Assembly: GCA_051313645.2 (NCBI GenBank)
Contig: JBNRSN020000010.1
Location: 9,238,001 to 9,302,000, forward strand
Source: Centroscyllium fabricii
Lineage: Eukaryota
Reading direction: 5' to 3'
Length of the DNA: 64,000 nt
Below, in pieces: positions 61,001 to 64,000 of the stretch. Position 1 is the first letter of the stretch. Every line of letters starts with the position of its first letter. A program made the translations under genes and the position numbers. Below the pieces are notes generated by a model. That model was not told the DNA's origin. It searched no databases and was given only the letters and a program-made list of their open reading frames with translations.

Positions 61001-62238
61001 TCTAACTGGTAGAATAGATAAAGGAGAACCTGTGGATGTGTTATATTTGGACCTTCAGAATGCTTTCGATATGGTCCCGCATAAGAGGTCGGCATGCAAA
61101 TGTAAAGCACATGGGATTGGTGGTAAGGAACAGACTTGGATAGAGAACTGTTTGGCAGTCATGGTGCCAAGTTTTGGAATAAACGGGTCATTTTCTGAGT
61201 CACAGGCAGGGATTAGTTTGGTGCCACAGCGATCATTATTTGTCCCCAGCATCTTATCATATATATTAATGATCTAGACGAGAGAACTAGATGCAAGAGC
61301 TCCAGGTTCGCAGCCGACACAAAGCTGAGTGGGCGTGTGTGCTATGCAGAGCATGCAGATAAACTCCAGTATGATTTGGACAGGCTGGGTGATTGGGAAG
61401 ATGCATGGCTGATGCAGTAAAATGTGGATAAATGCGAGGTTATCCACTTTGGTGGCAAAAGAGGAAAATATTATTATCTGAACGGAAATAGATTGGGAAT
61501 AGGAATTGCAACGAAACCTGGGTGTCCTTGTGCATCAGTCGCTGAAGGTAACCATGTAGGTGCAGCAGGTGGTTAAGAAGGCAAATGCTATGTTGTTCTT
61601 CATAACGAGTGGTTTCGAATACAGGACCAAGGATGCCTTGCTGCAGTTGAACAGGGTCTTCTTGAGACCACACCTTGAGTATAATGTGCAATTTTATTCG
61701 CCTTATCTGAGGAAGAATAATCTTGCCATCGAGGGAGTTCAGCCATGATTCACCCGACTGATGTCTGGGATGGCAGGAATGACGTATGAAGAGATATTGA
61801 GTCGATTAGGCTTATATGCGCTAGCGTTGAGAAGAATGAGAGGGGAGCTTATTGAAACTGATAAAAGACTGACAGAACTAGACAGTCTAGATTAATGAAG
61901 GATGTTCCCGATGGCGGGAGAGTCCAGAACAAGGGCTCACAGACTAAGGATAATGTGTAAGCCATTTAGGACGGAGATGAGGAGGAATTTCTTCACCCAG
62001 AGAGTGGTGAATCTATGGAATTCACTTCCACAGAAGGCAGTTGAAGCTAATTCATTAAGTATATTCAAGAAAGTGTTAGTAATATTTATTAATGCTAAAG
62101 GTATCAAGTGCTATGGGGAGAAATCTGGGACAGGGTACTGAATTTGGATGGTCAGCCATTATCTCATTTAATGGCAAAACAAGTCTCGAGGGGCCGAAAG
62201 GCCCACTCCTGCTCCTTTCTTCTTTGATTCTATGTTTC
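58011..62238 (+). mobile_element. CR1 LINE (58011-58510 plus 60716-62238) split by a nested CR1
   Basis: gaagtagacctagaaatagta at 58510 joins gatacattgctggtcatc at ~60722; VDVLYLDLQNAFD, NFFTQRVVNLWNSLPQ; tail at ~62235. Confidence 0.85.
58511..60710 (+). mobile_element. Nested CR1 LINE plus an extra 3' tail
   Basis: ADKSPGPDRLHPRVL, GNYRPVSLTSVVGKILE, SGVPQGSVLGPQLFTIYIN..FADDTKMGG. Confidence 0.9.
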
Positions 62239-64000
62239 TCTGTTACTCCAGCACTCTTTGTAGCTCATGCCCCTCTGAAGAATTGTGTCTAGCCGTGGTA
62301 CTCTGACAAAATGTGTATCATAAAGTGCTCTGATCCTCTGTGTAGCCCAGATAATATGACACTATTTTTAGTCCAGGGTAATATGACACTCTCTGTACTC
62401 CAGTATAATCTGACAGCCAGAGTATCCCAGGGTACTCTGACACTCTGTGTTGCACAGTGTAATTTGACGCTCTGAGTAGCCCGAGTTAATCTGACAATCT
62501 GTGTAGCCCAGGTTCCTCTGGAAGTGTGTTTATCCCAGGTTACTCTTATACTCTGCGTAGCCAAGGGTAATCTGGCACTCTGTATAATCCAGTATATTCT
62601 GACATTATGTGTAGCCCAGGCTACTCTGACACTATCTTTAGCCCAGGGTAATCTGTCACTCTATACAGCCAAGGGAACTCTGAGAGTTTGTCTACCCTAG
62701 GGTACTCTGACACTGTGTTTAGCCCAGAGTTAACTGACAACCTGTGTATCCCAGTGTTATCAGAAAGTGAGTGCAGCCCAGGGTACTCTGACATTCTCTG
62801 CAGCCCAGGGTACTCGAAATCACCGTGTAGGCCATAGGCATCTGAAACTATGTGTAACCCAGTGTAATCTGGAAGTCGGTGTAGCCTAGGGTAAACTGCC
62901 AGTCTGTGCAGCTCATAGGAATTCTGAAGCACTGTGTAGCCCAGGTGACACTGACACTCTGTGTAGCCCAACGCACTCTGCCACTCTGTGTAATGAAATT
63001 TACTCGGACAACCAGCATAACCAAATTTCCAAGGTGCACTGATTTATTGTAACACAAATAGCCCAAGGAATTCGGATTCTCTGCTTACTAAAACTCACAT
63101 GGTACCCTGATTCTACGCTTGCCCAATATCTCAGGCTACATTTTTCCTCAAATGGCCTTATAAACCATGACCCTCTGCAGCTCCAAAGTATCAATGTACT
63201 CTGATACTCTAGATGTCGGTCTGTAAAAGATAATATTACACTCTAACTGCCCAATAGCCATTATTGGCTGACCCGCTTTAAACGTCAATGCAGTTTGATC
63301 CTTTACAGGGCCAATAGCTCAGAAATCCTGACTTTCCACAGGCTGAAATATAAGGGCACCCACCCACGCTATAGGCCTGATATTCAAGTTCTCTTTCCAA
63401 TGTAATGCCCAATATCCCAGATTAAACTGTCTTTCTAAAACTCCAATATCGATTAGAACTTGACGCTCTGCAAGTTCAATTGCATGGCTTCGCTGAGCCT
63501 AGGGAGACCTAATACCGCAGGCTGAATAGCTCAGCATATTTGGGTATTTACAGTAGCAATAGCGCAGGGTTTATTGACTATCTAAATGCCCAGTAGCCGA
63601 GGAAAATCTGGCCCTCTTAATTGCGCAAGATATTCAGACCTTCTATAGGAAACCCTCCTCAAAATATCTAACAGCACTGGTTATGTTAGATCTCTAAAGC
63701 CCCATAACCCAGCGAGTTACTCTTGCACTCTGTAAAGCCCATGCTAGTCTGTCCCTCTTTAGGCCAATAGCTCAGTTTTATTTGACATTCTATAGTCTCT
63801 TAGCTCAGTGTGATTTGACATTTTAATGGCCCAAGCACATTATACTCTCCACCGCTTTAAAGGTCATTTCCCATCCAACAGCCGAGATACTCTGACTTTC
63901 TACGTGATCAGCCCCTAAGGGAACATTAATGAATACCAAGGCACTTAAGCCCTCTGCAAAGACAATGGGCCACCGTATTTAATACTTTACGAACCGATTA

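Larger units (their letters stand above)
54860..63000 (+). repeat. 27-bp satellite (ctctgacactctgtgtagcccagggta)n, interrupted by a SINE and CR1s
   Basis: Period 27 (e.g. 56036, 56063); blocks at ~54860-56440, 56740-58010 and 62240-63000. Confidence 0.9.

Noticed and set aside
54920-62971. Short ORFs with TLTLCVAQG / LSEYPGLH repeats
   Set aside because: Translations of the 27-bp satellite (multiple of 3) on both strands, frequently interrupted.

Overview
Eukaryotic, repeat-dense DNA, most likely from a cartilaginous fish (shark/ray): it carries HE1-type tRNA SINEs sharing their 3' tail with CR1/HER1 LINEs, Deu-domain SINEs, Penelope-like elements and non-autonomous Harbinger-like DNA elements. 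One host gene can be built, a + strand NLR (NACHT-LRR) gene with 7 frame- and phase-compatible coding exons from 30919 to 48719 (about 833 aa by hand count). Its predicted first coding exon encodes a hydrophobic membrane anchor followed by CC and KRK, ahead of a death-fold-like domain, NACHT and a short LRR array. A membrane-tethered vertebrate NLR is the most novel candidate here, but it depends on unverified splicing. Other notable items: (1) 200-270 bp palindromic Penelope-derived mini-elements with TSDs carrying back-to-back minimal hammerhead ribozymes, two of them in NLR introns; (2) a 3.7 kb segmental duplication whose breakpoint truncates a young Gypsy gag; (3) two adjacent solo LTRs just upstream of the NLR; (4) 48-bp, 27-bp and 79-bp tandem arrays. 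All calls were made by eye, and repeat boundaries are approximate unless a TSD is quoted.
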